A stretch of 64,000 bases of DNA, taken from NCBI GenBank assembly GCA_043228905.1, contig JBHGNT010000006.1, forward strand, positions 20,212,001 to 20,276,000, read 5' to 3'. Source of the stretch: Azolla caroliniana. Lineage: Eukaryota > Plantae > Polypodiophyta. Shown piece by piece: positions 52,001 through 63,498 of this stretch. A program made the position numbers and the translations under genes. Position 1 is the first letter of the stretch, and the number at the start of each line of letters is the position of its first letter. Below the pieces are notes generated by a model that was not told where the DNA came from, did no database searches, and saw only the letters and a program-made list of their open reading frames with translations.

Positions 52001-52951
52001 GATCGTGCCGACGACCGCCTCAATGGCTCTGTCGAGGGCACCGGTGCCCTCGCGCGCGTTTACAATCCGATCCACGGCCGAAGCCATGGCCTCTGCAAGA
52101 TCCGACCCCCTCATCTTCTGCTCTTCTGCCGCCTCCTTCACGTCGGGTTCACCAAAGATGTCGAGATATTACGCAAGTGCGTGTGGAAACGAGGCGGGAC
52201 CGCAGGGGGTCTCGAACCAAAGAGCAAGCGAGGGAGGAGAAGGAGAGAGAACCGGCTACGCAGGACCGGGGATACACAGGGACACGACCCTTCAGCACGG
52301 AGAACGCGAACAGACACCGACACAGACAGATGCGAATGACTAAATATGTATATTAACAAAATGGCTAACACGACTACAACCCTCGATGGGGCACAGGTTG
52401 GCTACAGCCGAACAGGCCGGCGAACAGATGCCGATGCTTGTTCGCTTCGACGCACAAAGGGGTAGCAGGTCGGAGGTGCTGTCGGAAGCACTCGGGCGTT
52501 CCTCGAAACAGCGCGAGCCTCCCCGGAACCCTGCACAGAAAAGCTATGGAGCTCAAGAAGGAAGGAAACAGAGAGAGAAGCGTCCAGAAACGGTCCGGCA
52601 GCACTTCGTCCTCTCTGCGCGAGATCCCTGCAACAGCTCTTTCCTGCTCCTTATATAGGCCGACGAGCAGGCCGTCCTGTCAGCTTTATTCCCTGTCCCT
52701 TTTGAACAGGGATCCGCTCCGTTCTTCACGCATCCGCGTAGTTACGCCGCCGACTCGTACAGTTCCTTAGCTCGCGCGCGCGACCGAAAAGACTGTTCGC
52801 ACGGTCTTTGTCTCCACTTGTGTTAGGGCCCATTCCTGCCGATTATCCTCCTAACTCGCTTCTATGTACAACTTGGAGCGTGCGCGCGCGAAGAACCGGT
52901 TCCCACGCCTTAGTGCGCCGATTCCGCCTAGGGACGGTTTTCTTCACGACA
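49077..52951 (-). mobile_element. Young non-autonomous Ty3/gypsy LTR retrotransposon (gag-protease only)
   Basis: LTRs 49077-49868 and 52159-52951 (TG...CA; about 7 substitutions and 1 indel by eye). 4-bp TSD ACGC (49073-49076, 52952-52955). PBS TGGTGAACCCGACGTGAA (52137-52154). PPT AGGTGGGGGCGGA (49869-49881). Confidence 0.95.
49940..52114 (-). CDS. Gag-protease fused in frame to an integrase C-terminal tail
   Basis: Knuckle CMWCDEVGHIRKDC and aspartic protease ALVDHGSEINLM...VILGEPY, then directly NDNGTYHLAELDG...VAGKRIKAF. No YxDD, RNase H or DDE core. First ATG at 52114; the ORF-track start 52141 is a GTG inside the PBS. Confidence 0.88.
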   Translation of the reverse strand: MRGSDLAEAMASAVDRIVNAREGTGALDRAIEAVVGTIGRFDGKDATKYLASYGAEMLMRDIPEERRLAGFPRVAMPSIHAEVLEVRAESRTWEEFEGRLLEKYGLDDALRLSKRRFMEWVESPGKGRNASALLREFEENFARLSALDRTILDTSRVLLFVKSVDERDREQVGLLLETEDGLTTDWAAVKKVCGRFDKRREWADNGATGSGSVAARKLEPAPQVRKEETREWLEIGSASTGVVRGSTGGAALEELTRAIKDLQIAQARREGGEPARDRRPAAGNRCMWCDEVGHIRKDCGDFAEALRNRVVYLWEGRVHASDTRRALSRNDGRGGMKRLMEEAAARHAETVHYSASAGIRVGGGEARRESKAGFWPTMLEGLAGARLKREESDRAEKRVREMTGWSDPVEEKTGFVEAACQNYEALVEEKRVGKPGTTGPSQRYETRSGPRRDEAGGAGTQDKPQKGGYRLGTEIERTTDLRKVLEERILDSKVELSLREVLGIAKKEFHDSIVDLVKRKRLSTETEPERPVEVRTTHLDDMALGDEWAESHYSRPHWARATTETPVKIGDVQEPVIALVDHGSEINLMSMDFYKKGKWPINTKHGWKIRAATRATEELHGACPNVRVKIGDVEIDQHFFVQETSSHPVILGEPYITAARMETKVANDNGTYHLAELDGMRMAIPVAGKRIKAFKKRHDDEPDPALLVSSDERSENEEEPTGEE

Positions 52952-53149
52952 ACGCGCGAAAAAAAACCTGTCAGAGGTCGCCCAACTCTAACTGTTGCAA
53001 GTCACCCAACCCTGACCTTTGCAGGTCGCCCAACCAAATGTATCATTTCGACCAAAATCTTCAAATAAGCTTGATCATTACCCTTAAAACTTACAATAAC
53101 ATATCAAACAGTCACAAAATCCAACCTTAAATTATTCAAAATCGACGAT

Positions 53150-53525
53150 CTTCACCATACTTAACATAAAACAAATAATCATCTTAAAATATAAAAGTTA
53201 AAAGTTAAAAAACATAAAACTTAAAACAAAGATCAACTTATAACATACTTGAAACATGAATCAAAATATGACATACTTGAAACATAAATCTACATACGAC
53301 ATATTTGAAACATAAAACTTAAAACATAAATCAACATATGACATACTTGAAAAATAAATCAATATATGACATCCTTAGAACGTAAATCCACTTTAAACAT
53401 CATAAACCCAAATCAACATGTGACATACTTGAAACAAGAAACTTAAAACATAAATCAACATATGACATACTCCCAAACGCACTCATAAATCAACATAAAT
53501 CCACTTTAAACATTGTAAACCCAAA
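53150..53525. repeat. Tandem ACATACTTGAAACATAAATCAACATATG-type repeats inside the MULE
   Basis: Direct reading; multiple diverged ~30-40 bp units. Confidence 0.8.
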
Positions 53526-53644
53526 TGCACTAGTCCGCAAAACCACTCAAGCTATGTTTATGGCTCATCTAGAGATGATGGCAAGATGCAGCCACAATTC
53601 TTGCAACAATCAACATTTGAGTCCCTTGCATCACAATGGAAGCA

Positions 53645-56463
53645 TCAAATCTTCTCTGTCGCACATATTAGCAACTGCCTCCTAGCTCGACTTGCGCCTC
53701 TTTGCATTTTTCCAGTGTGTGCCTTGGAAGTGTTTGGGGAGCTGCCAATAAGATATTGTGAAATGTTGACTGATGCTCCCCTTTTTGCACCAATTGCTTC
53801 GTTACGCCTTACGGATCCATGGTCTTCTTCATTGGTTGGTTTCGGTGCACCTGCGTGATACACCACCGTCTGACTCATTTCTTCAATGGACTCCATACAT
53901 GCCAAAATTGTTGCATGGTCGAGGGATCGTAACCCTTTAAGACATTGAATAGCCCCCTCAATAGTTTGTAATTTTGACTCCCATTCCTCCATTTGTGATG
54001 TTATAGGGTTTGTCTCCTCGACCAGTTCTACCTCTGTCTCCACTTCCATCTCTATGAAATGGTCATTGCGCATATGGGTTGCATGATCTATAAAAGGCAA
54101 CAACCCACATAGATGTGGCATGTGCCTCTCAATGATCATCCTGATGCCGAGTATATGCTTACATTTACTCGTAGGGTCTTGGCAATCACAATATGAGCAT
54201 TGGAGCGATACATTATACCATACATTCGGTTTTGTCAAGCTCAATATTTTAAACCAATATCGTGGCTCGTCCACAATATGCATTGTTGCATCATTAGTTT
54301 CATACCTCTCTAGTAGCCTCTCGGCCTCTTTAAGTCTTGTTGTTTGATCCCTACAATTTGCACAGGGTGCAAATCTACCACTCTCACATATTTCTTGTCA
54401 TTGCTTGTACCATTCAATAACAATACCCCCGATGCAAGTGCCAGTTTGACTGTCCCCGATTAAAACATGCACAAGATCGGTAATTGATTGGTTTATCCTC
54501 CCTCTCAAGGTAGTATATTTGATAAATTGTCAATGTCTCTCCACAAGATTGGTAGTGTCAACATGTTCGTAGTTGAACATTCTACCCAATTTGGGCCATA
54601 GTTTCCTCCACACACATGTCAAGCCACACCATCCTCCTTCTATATATTGCCAAACACTTGGTTTGTTTGCATATTCTACCTTTAACTCCTCACATTGGGC
54701 ATTGAATGTGGATTCCGTAATGCATTGCATGAGTTGGCACATCCGATTATAAAGATGGTTTCTCTCAGTTGCACTTACCTTTTGCAACAAGTTGTCCAGC
54801 CATGCTTTTTTTGCATGGAATTGACACAACAAAAGTCGACAATGTGTTTGTGACATTTGCCCATTTGTAACTATCCAAGATAATTGGTCTGTTGCAACCA
54901 CATTACTTATGGCATTATATGATGTCCAACTTTTATCGATGATTATGGCATTTGGCCTCACATTGGGCATCCGTGCAAATATGACTCTCAAGCAAGTTTC
55001 TAAAACTACTTGCTCATGGTTAGACCCCTTATCAGAACTACATATCATGTACCATAATGGGATACCAACTCCCATTGCATTTGGGGCCACAATTGCATAT
55101 AATGGCAAGCCAAATTGGTTTGTTTTAAACACAGAGTTGATTGCCCAAGAGTTGTTTATTGACAATCGCTCACACATCTCTAACATCCATTCATCTTGGA
55201 GCACCAAGATGAACAGTTGCCTTGTGGGAGATCCATATTCACCAGGCAAGTAGGGTTGGACATGAGCCACCTTCCCAAGATCTCGGAGGGCATATGCATA
55301 TTGCATCATCAAAGACCAATCACCTTCACACATAGCACTCCCAAATTTTAACTTGTTGGCCATGTTATGAACCTCCTTTGGTATCATAAAGAACTTATAA
55401 CTCACAAGGTCTAATGAACTAGCCTTGGACTTATGATATGCTTCCTTACGCATGCTCATCCGTGCCACATGTCGTGCACATCCAACATCAAAAAAGTCAT
55501 CTCTGCAACAACTTATAACATTTGGGGCCACCGGCAAATAATACGCATCTGTCTACTTCCCGGTACATGACCCGTATGAGGTCCATATATTGAAAGGGTC
55601 ATTGTCCCATGGTCAACCCTGTCATTCATTTGAGCGTTCACATGAAAAGTACACCCTCATCAGGATGAATGCTTTCTACATCGAGTGCACGGATATTGCT
55701 TGTTAGCCACATTGGATCGGTGACAATTATACCTAGTCACATGTGCACCCCTTGTGGCCCCTGTACGGAAGCGTCTGTGATACCTCAATTGAACATCTAT
55801 GAACGTATCATCAACCTTGTGGGCCTCTATCTTGATCACTTCTATGGGTCTAGACTTTTTATATTTCACGACACTTGTCCCCTCCATGTCAGATGGAGTT
55901 AACCTCGACACAACTCGACAACCACATTGGTCAACCACTGCTTTCACATACACACTAGGGATCCCATGGTCATGAAGGTCATTGGACCAAAGTCTCTTTA
56001 ACTCTGTTAGAGTACCCGTCAAAGAACGGTGCGATGCGCCACAATGTGATGCCAATACTATCTCCCTCCATTTCTCTACGTGCGTAACTTGAAGATGAGG
56101 CGATGCCTTAAGGTGTATTGCATTCTCATTTCTAAGTGTGAGACGACTCTTCATGCGTTGCCATGCATGTAAATTAAGAGGTGCACCCCTTGCAATTGTG
56201 CTTAATGTTTCAAATGTTACCTTAACTTGACCCGATAAATCTTTAAGCATTAAATCGTACGCACCTCTTGTGAACGCAAAATACCTCGCCGAACAATACA
56301 TGAAGGGATCAACCTCCTCTACCTTTTCTTCGGATGAAGCCAACTCATAGTCTTCGGATGCAGACGAATCCAAGTCTTCGTCGATGGTTGCGGAGTATGG
56401 TGATGCATAACCATCCTCAGAATCATACAAGGATGTGATGAAATCTACTTCATTTGGATTCAT
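53645..56463 (-). pseudogene. MULE (MuDR-type) transposase with SWIM zinc finger, disrupted
   Basis: MULE core WAINSVFKTNQFGLPLY (first catalytic D appears as N), IIIDKS, LLCQFHAKKAW, TTNLVERH. SWIM finger CSYCDCQDPTSKCKH. Split over several ORFs by stops and frameshifts. Confidence 0.88.
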
Positions 56464-56484
56464 CTCGACAACTTCTCATTCTTG

Positions 56485-56845
56485 TAGTGATTAATCAGAG
56501 GTAATTTAAGACAGAGAATGTGATTAAGTGAATTTGATTAAGACAGAGACTGTGATTAAGATAGAGATTGTGATTAATTGAACCTAATTAAGTCAGACAA
56601 TGTGATTAATCGAACTTGATTAAGACAGAGAATGTGATTAATTAAACTTGATTACGATAGAGAATGTGATTAATTGAAGCTGATTAAGATACAAAATGTG
56701 ATTAATTGAATATGATGTTAAGAGGTAATTAACTGGAGATGGAAGCAACTTTGATTAAAATGACGATGAAGGGTTTAATGTGACTTAAAATGTGATTAAT
56801 TTAAATGTTAATATGACTATTTTTTTGGCCGAATGTGATTAACAG
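56485..56845. repeat. Tandem GAATGTGATTAATTGAACTTGATTAAGACAGA-type repeats upstream of the MULE transposase
   Basis: Direct reading; about 32-bp diverged units. Confidence 0.8.
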
Positions 56846-57624
56846 GTTGGGCGACCTGGCTTATGGTTGGGTGACCATATTAAAAGAGGTTGGGCGACCT
56901 AGATTCTGATCGCGAGCTGTTTTTTAAAACGGTTGGGTGACCTGGTTTAGGACAAAGAATGATTTTTAACAGGTTTGGGCGACCTTCATTATTACCATCG
57001 ATGTTTTTTACAAGGGTTGGGTGACTTGCTTATTTTCCATATTTAAACAGGTTGGGCGACCGAAATTATGAGAGAATGAGGTTTAAGAGGTTTGGGCAAC
57101 TTGGTTTATTACCATTGATGTTTTTTACAAGGGTTGGGTGATTGATTGGTTTAAAACAACTTTTTCGAAGAGATTGGTTTAAAACCACAAATCAATTGGT
57201 TTACACTTGAGATTGGTTTAAAACATCAAATCAATTGGAGATCACAACTTGAGATTGGTTTAAAACAACAAATCAACTTTAGATAAACACTTGTTGTAAA
57301 CAACTTTTCCATTAATAAGTACGCGCGATATACAATGAGTCGATTCTCGCTATACAAAATTTGTGTGGATTCCAAGATATAGTTACAACATCAGCTCTAT
57401 AACAAAATTTGTGTTGAAAACAACAGACACAAAATTTACAATATGGAGCCACCGGTCGTAGGTGCAAATCCTAGTACCCTTTGTGCCCACTCCTCCACAT
57501 GATTCCGAAGTGAATCCACTTTGCATTTGGTGAACCCCATCTCTGTGCCCCGTCACCAAATATGCATAAGAACACATCTATACACAATCCACATGAATAA
57601 GGCATTGCGATTACACTTACAAAA

Positions 57625-57730
57625 GTCGGAGATATCCATCGTCGTAAGAACTCTTCCACCAACATCTAGATAGTCTTCATCACGTCAAAGCCACAATCCC
57701 AACAATTTGGCTGAGTTGGGATGTGCAATA
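57625..57730 (-). pseudogene. Ulp1/C48 SUMO-protease catalytic-Cys exon fragment
   Basis: Minus strand reads HIPTQPNCWDCGFDVMKTI*MLVEEFLRRWISPTF followed by a GTAAG donor. Q-x-N-x-x-D-C-G is the C48 motif. Confidence 0.65.
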
Positions 57731-58073
57731 TGTTGTCGGGCCTTTCGCTTCGGATCGTTTGCGTGAGTCGGGTGGGAACCGCTGGGGTTTTGGACTAAGA
57801 GAAAGAAGAATATGAGATAAGGTTAGTTATGAATAGATTGCAAGATGAAGATATGAAACTCGTGAATCTCACGAGTATAGTGTATTAATTGATACTTAGA
57901 TTGTAAGAGAGAAATAGATGGCAAAATCGTGAATCCCACGAATATTTTATATTAATCAACCCTTATAAAAAATCAACCACCACTATACATCTTTCTCTCT
58001 TCCTTATATAGTGATGGAAGAGTCTAAGTTTATCACATGCAAGCATCATGCTTTTTTTGACTTTAGTTTTCAT
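57731..58073. mobile_element. Start of an unrelated LTR-like sequence that interrupts the Ulp1 fragment and is itself the copia target
   Basis: Begins TGTTG/TGTCGG exactly where the Ulp1 frame stops. Contains a minus-strand CTATATAAGG TATA-like box. Resumes after the copia at 63499 and runs to the window end. Confidence 0.5.
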
Positions 58074-61000
58074 TGATGGAAATAATCGACACTTTCCAAA
58101 CTTCACTTCTCAGCCACAACCAAGGAAACACACGAATCGTTGTTGCAGAAAATGGGAAATGCAAAAGTAAGTAAGTGGACACGCGATTTAACGTGGAAAA
58201 CCCTGTACGGGAAAAACCACGGGAGTGCAAGACTCCGAACCAAAACTATGCACAGAGAAATATACAATGGCGAGCTGCAAGGCGACGACCTTGAGCTCGC
58301 TGTCCTCGCCACAGGCGGCGGTATTACACAGAGGCGTCAACCTCTTCCTTTCTCTCTCCCTCACGGCTGCTCTCACTTCGCTCCCTCTAAGTGGAAAACA
58401 GAAAGATGAGCAACAACACTAAAACACTTTGCCCTAAGTCATATTTATACACATATGACTTTCGGGATATTTACAACTATAGCCTCAAGGGCCCTTGGCA
58501 AACATATTCACAAATATGTCCCCGCATCCGGATCTCTCTCCGGGTACCTTCATCATCCGGCTCCGTAGCCGGGGTCTTCATCATCCGGCTCCGTAGCCGG
58601 GGTCTTCATCATGCTTCATGCTGGGTACTCTTCATGCTCCGGTTCCGTAACCGCAACCGGGCTTGCCGTCATTCATCTCCGGACATCCCATCCGGAGGGA
58701 CCGAAATCCCAACAAACTCCCCCTTCACTTCGGCATGGGATGTCTCCCCAATCCGATCCTCTTCCGGCATGCTTCCAGCTTGTCGGGTGTGAGCACCTTG
58801 GTCAGCATATCCGACCCGTTCTCGTCCGTGTGGATCTTCGTCAGCACGAACTCCTTGTCTTCTATCCTTTCCCGGATCCAGTGGTATCTACGCTGGATGT
58901 GTTTCGTCCGGGAATGGTAGGCAGCGTTCTTCGCAAGGTGGATGGCACTCTGACTATCGCAGTAGAGCCGGTACTCCTCCTGCCGGATACCGAGCTCTCT
59001 AATGAAGTCCTTCATCCATATTATTTCCTTGCCGGCTTCAACAACCGCCATGTACTCCGCCTCCGTGGTTGACAGTGCAACCGTCTTCTGTAGCCTCGAC
59101 TGCCATGAGACAGCTCCCCCTGCATACGTCATCACATACCCGGATGTGGACCGGCTGGTATCTGCATCAGCCGACATATCCGAATCGGTAAAGCCGTCGA
59201 GTTCGGGCTTACCGGAGCCGAATCGGAGGCACACGTTTGCCGTGCCCTTCAGGTATCGGAGTATCCACTTGACCGCGTTCCAGTGCTCCTTGCCGGGATT
59301 GCTCATGTACCGGCTCACCACTCCGACTGCATATCCTATGTCCGGTCTTGTACACACCATTGCGTACATCAGGCTTCCGACGGCAGAGGCATATGGTACT
59401 TTCAACATGTCCTCCTTCTCAGCCTTTGTCTTGGGGCTTTGCTTGCTGGACAGCTTGCAGTTTGCCGGGAGTGTTGACCCGACCGGTCTTGCTTCCGACA
59501 TGTTGAACCGATGAAGCACCTTTGTCACGTACTTCTCCTGTGACAGCCACAACTGCTTCTTCTTCCGGTCCCGGATGATGTGCATCCCTAGTATTTGCCT
59601 CGCCGGACCCAGGTCTTTCATTGAGAAGGTTCGGTGAAGAGCCTTCTTCAGCATCCGTATCTTGACCTGGTCTCGTCCGACGATCAACATGTCGTCCACG
59701 TACAGGAGGAGTATTAGAAAGTCTCCTCCTTCGAACTTCTTCACAAACACGCAGTGATCGGACTGCGTTTTGTGGTACCCTTCGTCTGTCATGAAGGAGT
59801 CGAACTTCCGGTACCATTGCCGGGGAGCCTGCTTCAGACCGTAAAGGCTCTTCTTCAACCGGCATACCAGGTGCTCCTTCCCTTTCTTCTCGAATCCTTC
59901 CGGTTGCTGCATGTAGATCTCTTCTTCGAGGTCACCGTGAAGGAATGCCGTCTTCACGTCCATCTGTTCTACCTCGAGGTCCATGCTTGCCGCTATGCTC
60001 AGCACCGTCCGGATGGAGGTCATCTTCACTACCGGGGCAAATATCTCGTCGAAGTCGACGCCCTTCTTCTGCTGAAACCCCTTCACCACGATCCTGGCTT
60101 TGTATCTCGGGGGGTTTCCGGCATCTCCCGGTTTCAGCTTGAACACCCACTTGTTACGGAGTGCCCGTTTTCCTTTCGGCAACTCCACAAGTTCATATGT
60201 GTGGTTCTCATGCAGGGAATCCATCTCCTCCTGCATGGCACTTAACCACCTGCGGCTATGGGTGTCATGCTTCGCTTCTTCAAAGCTCTCCGGCTCCCCC
60301 TCGTCGGTTAGCAGCACGTGCTCTGGTTCCGGAAATCTCCGGGGAGCCCTTCTCTCTCTTAGAGGATATCTCCGTTCCGGAGCTTCGGTAACCGGTTCTT
60401 CCGATTCTTCTTCATCCGAATCCATTTCGGGATCGGGGCCGGTTCCGGTATCATTTTCATCTTCTTCGGCCGGTTCTGTTTCTTCACCGTCTTCGGCCGG
60501 ATCTTCGAGTGTTAACCGGTCCCTTGCCGGTCGGGACTGCCCCTCGTAGAGTTTATCCTCACCGGTCGACTTGGAGCTCTTCATCTTCTTCTCCGACTCC
60601 CAGTCGGCGAGTGTCTTGTCCTCCATGAAGATGATATCACGACTCCGGAATATCTTTTTGTCGACCGGGTCCCATACTCGGTAGCCGAACTCGTCATCGC
60701 CGTAACCGAGGAATATGCATGGCCGGGTCTTTGGATCTAGCTTTCCTCTCCGGTCCTTTGCCACATGCACGTATGCGAGACACCCGAACACCTTCAGATG
60801 CCGGTAGGACACTTCCTTACCGGTCCACACTCTCTGTGGCGTGTCTCCATCCAGGGGTACTGAGGGTGATCTATTTATCACATATGTCGCCGTCGACATT
60901 GCCTCAGCCCAAAATCCCTTGGGTAATTTCGCATGTGCTAGCATACTCCGGACCCTCTCCATTATGGTCCGGTTCATCCTCTCGGCCAGCCCGTTCAGTT

Positions 61001-63498
61001 CCGGCGTCTTCGGCACAGTAAACTCGAGCCGGATTCCCTTCGAGCGACAGTACTCCGCGAACTGCCCCCGGTATTCCCCTCCGTTATCCGCTCGTATCGC
61101 TTTTAGCTTCTTGCCGGATTCCCTTTCCACTCTCGCGTGGAGTTCTTTTAAGACGGACAATACTTGGTCCTTTGTCTTCAGCGGTGCCGTCCACAGCTTC
61201 CGGCTGTGGTCATCTATGAATGTTACGAAGTACTGAGCTCCGCCATGTGACTTCGTTTCTACCTGACACACGTCAGTGTGCACCAACTCCAAGGGTGCGC
61301 TGCGTCTCGTCGGTGGCCTTGAGTGGAAGGAGGTTCGGTTCTGCTTACCGGCCAGGCAATCGGTGCACTTCTCCAGGTGCACATGCTTCACTGGAATAAG
61401 GTTGTCATCTGCAAGCCTCTTCATCCCCTTCTCACTCATGTGGCACAGTCTCTTGTGCCACAGCTCACCGGCAGTGTCGGCTGCCACGTTCAACTCTTCC
61501 GGACACAACCAGGCATTCATAAGGTACAGTGTGTTGACTTTCCGGGCCCGAGCCACTATCAGGCTCCCCTTGCTGAACTTCATTACGCCGTTCCGGATGC
61601 TACCCGTGTAGCCTTCATCGTCTAGCCTCCCGGGCCGAAATCAGGTTCAATCGAACTTCCGGAACGTGTCGGACATCCTTCAGCAGCATTTTGCATCCGG
61701 TCGAGGTTGTCAACCACACGTCTCCTATGCCGGCAATCCGGCACGTACCTTCATTTCCCATCCGAACACAGCCATGCTCACCGGCTGTGTAGGATGAGAA
61801 GTATCTTCTTTCCGGGGTCAGGTGGAACGACGCTCCGGAATCGACCACCCAGGTAGTCTCATCGCCGGCAATGTTTAGTTCACCTTCTTCGGTGATGAGC
61901 ATGATCTCCTCTTCACTTGCCGCGAGTGCCGTCGTTCCTTTCCGGTCCTGCCCTCGCCGATCCGGACCTCTCCAGTCCGTGGCTCCCCGGTATGCACCGT
62001 TTCGCTCCGGTGACTTCTTCGAATTGGTGTCGTCGGCTCCGTTGTCTTTTCGGTAATACCGACAATTCTTTCGGAAGTGCCCCGGCTTCCCACAGTGGAA
62101 GCATGTGGGCCTTCCTCTTGACTGTGACCGGGTCCCCGACTTCTCCCGTCTTTGCGGACTCCGGTTCCGTTGTCTTCCCCGATCCGATTCGGCAAGCAGC
62201 ATCTTCGGATCGGAGGCCGGTTCTTTATCTCTCCGACGCGCTTCTTCGTTCAAGATACTTGTCTTTACTGTTTGTAGGGACAAGTTATCTTCGGTGCAGG
62301 AGGTGCTGAGAGTCACCACCAAGTTCTCCCAGCTTTCCGGCAATGTACACATCAGAATGATGGCTTGCATTGCATCCTCGAGCGGGAACTTGATCGCCGC
62401 AAGCTGGTTCACGAATCCCATGAACGTGCTTACGTGTTCCACCATACTCTCGCCGTCCCGGTACTTGAGGTTCACTATCTTCCTCATCAGGGAGGTCCGG
62501 TTCAACGCATTCTTCCTCTCGTAGAGGCCTGACAGCTTCCGCCACATCTCATATGCGTTGGTGTCGTTCGCCACATGTTGTAGAACGCTCACGTCAACGT
62601 ATTGCCGAATGGTTGCAACGGCTTTCCGGTTCAGAAGCCTCCATTCCGACTCAAGTACCCCCTTCGGTATTTCCGACCTGTCAATCGGTTCGTACAGGTC
62701 CCGAACAATCAGAAGATCCTCCATCTTGATCTTCCAGTTGGCGTAATTCTGCGCATTCAGCACCATCATCCCCGGCTGCCCGCTGCCGCCGCCTTCCATT
62801 TTCTGCAGCAACTCGCTCTGATACCAAATTGATGGAAATAATCGACACTTTCCAAACTTCACTTCTCAGCCACAACCAAGGAAACACACGAATCGTTGTT
62901 GCAGAAAATGGGAAATGCAAAAGTAAGTAAGTGGACACGCGATTTAACGTGGAAAACCCTGTACGGGAAAAACCACGGGAGTGCAAGACTCCGAACCAAA
63001 ACTATGCACAGAGAAATATACAATGGCGAGCTGCAAGGCGACGACCTTGAGCTCGCTGTCCTCGCCACAGGCGGCGGTATTACACAGAGGCGTCGACCTC
63101 TTCCTTTCTCTCTCCCTCACGGCTGCTCTCACTTCGCTCCCTCTAAGTGGAAAACAGAAAGATGAGCAACAACACTAAAACACTTTGCCCTAAGTCATAT
63201 TTATACACATATGACTTTCGGGATATTTACAACTATAGCCTCAAGGGCCCTTGGCAAACATATTCACAAATATGTCCCCGCATCCGGATCTCTCTCCGGG
63301 TACCTTCATCATCCGGCTCCGTAGCCGGGGTCTTCATCATCCGGCTCCGTAGCCGGGGTCTTCATCATCCGGCTCCGTAGCCGGGGTCTTCATCATGCTT
63401 CATGCTGGGTACTCTTCATGCTCCGGTTCCGTAACCGCAACCGGGCTTGCCGTCATTCATCTCCGGACATCCCATCCGGAGGGACCGAAATCCCAACA
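58074..63498 (-). mobile_element. Very young full-length Ty1/copia (Tnt1/Tork-like) LTR retrotransposon
   Basis: LTRs 58074-58714 (641 bp) and 62830-63498 (669 bp) differ by one substitution and one extra 28-bp tandem unit. PBS TGGTATCAGAGC (tRNA-iMet) at 62815-62826. PPT AAGGGGGAGTT at 58715-58725. Confidence 0.97.
58725..62799 (-). CDS. Copia gag-pol polyprotein with a single +1 frameshift near 61633
   Basis: ATG 62799. Knuckle CFHCGKPGHFRKNC, protease WVVDSGASFH, LWHKRLCH, integrase LVHTDVC/DNGGEY/NGLAER, RT LLYVDDMLI, RNase H SDMLTK. One extra C (GCC C GGG) breaks the expected RLNLISAGRLDDEGY. Confidence 0.93.

Larger units (their letters stand above)
48955..57730 (-). mobile_element. 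Mutator-like element (MULE) with decayed transposase and a Ulp1 protease fragment; interrupted by nested retroelements and probably continuing beyond the window
   Basis: Transposase fragments 53645-56463. AGGTCGCCCAAC repeats at 52975-53035 with inverted GTTGGGCGACCT copies at 56845-57140. The left end continues across the gypsy TSD. The other terminus is not seen. Confidence 0.75.

Noticed and set aside
50096-52356. Many plus-strand ORFs over the gypsy element (also 59002-62832 over the copia)
   Set aside because: Antisense shadows of GC-rich retroelement coding sequence with no recognisable motifs.
61615-61645. Programmed ribosomal frameshift in the copia element
   Set aside because: No slippery site, the break lies after the protease motif, and a one-base insertion explains it.
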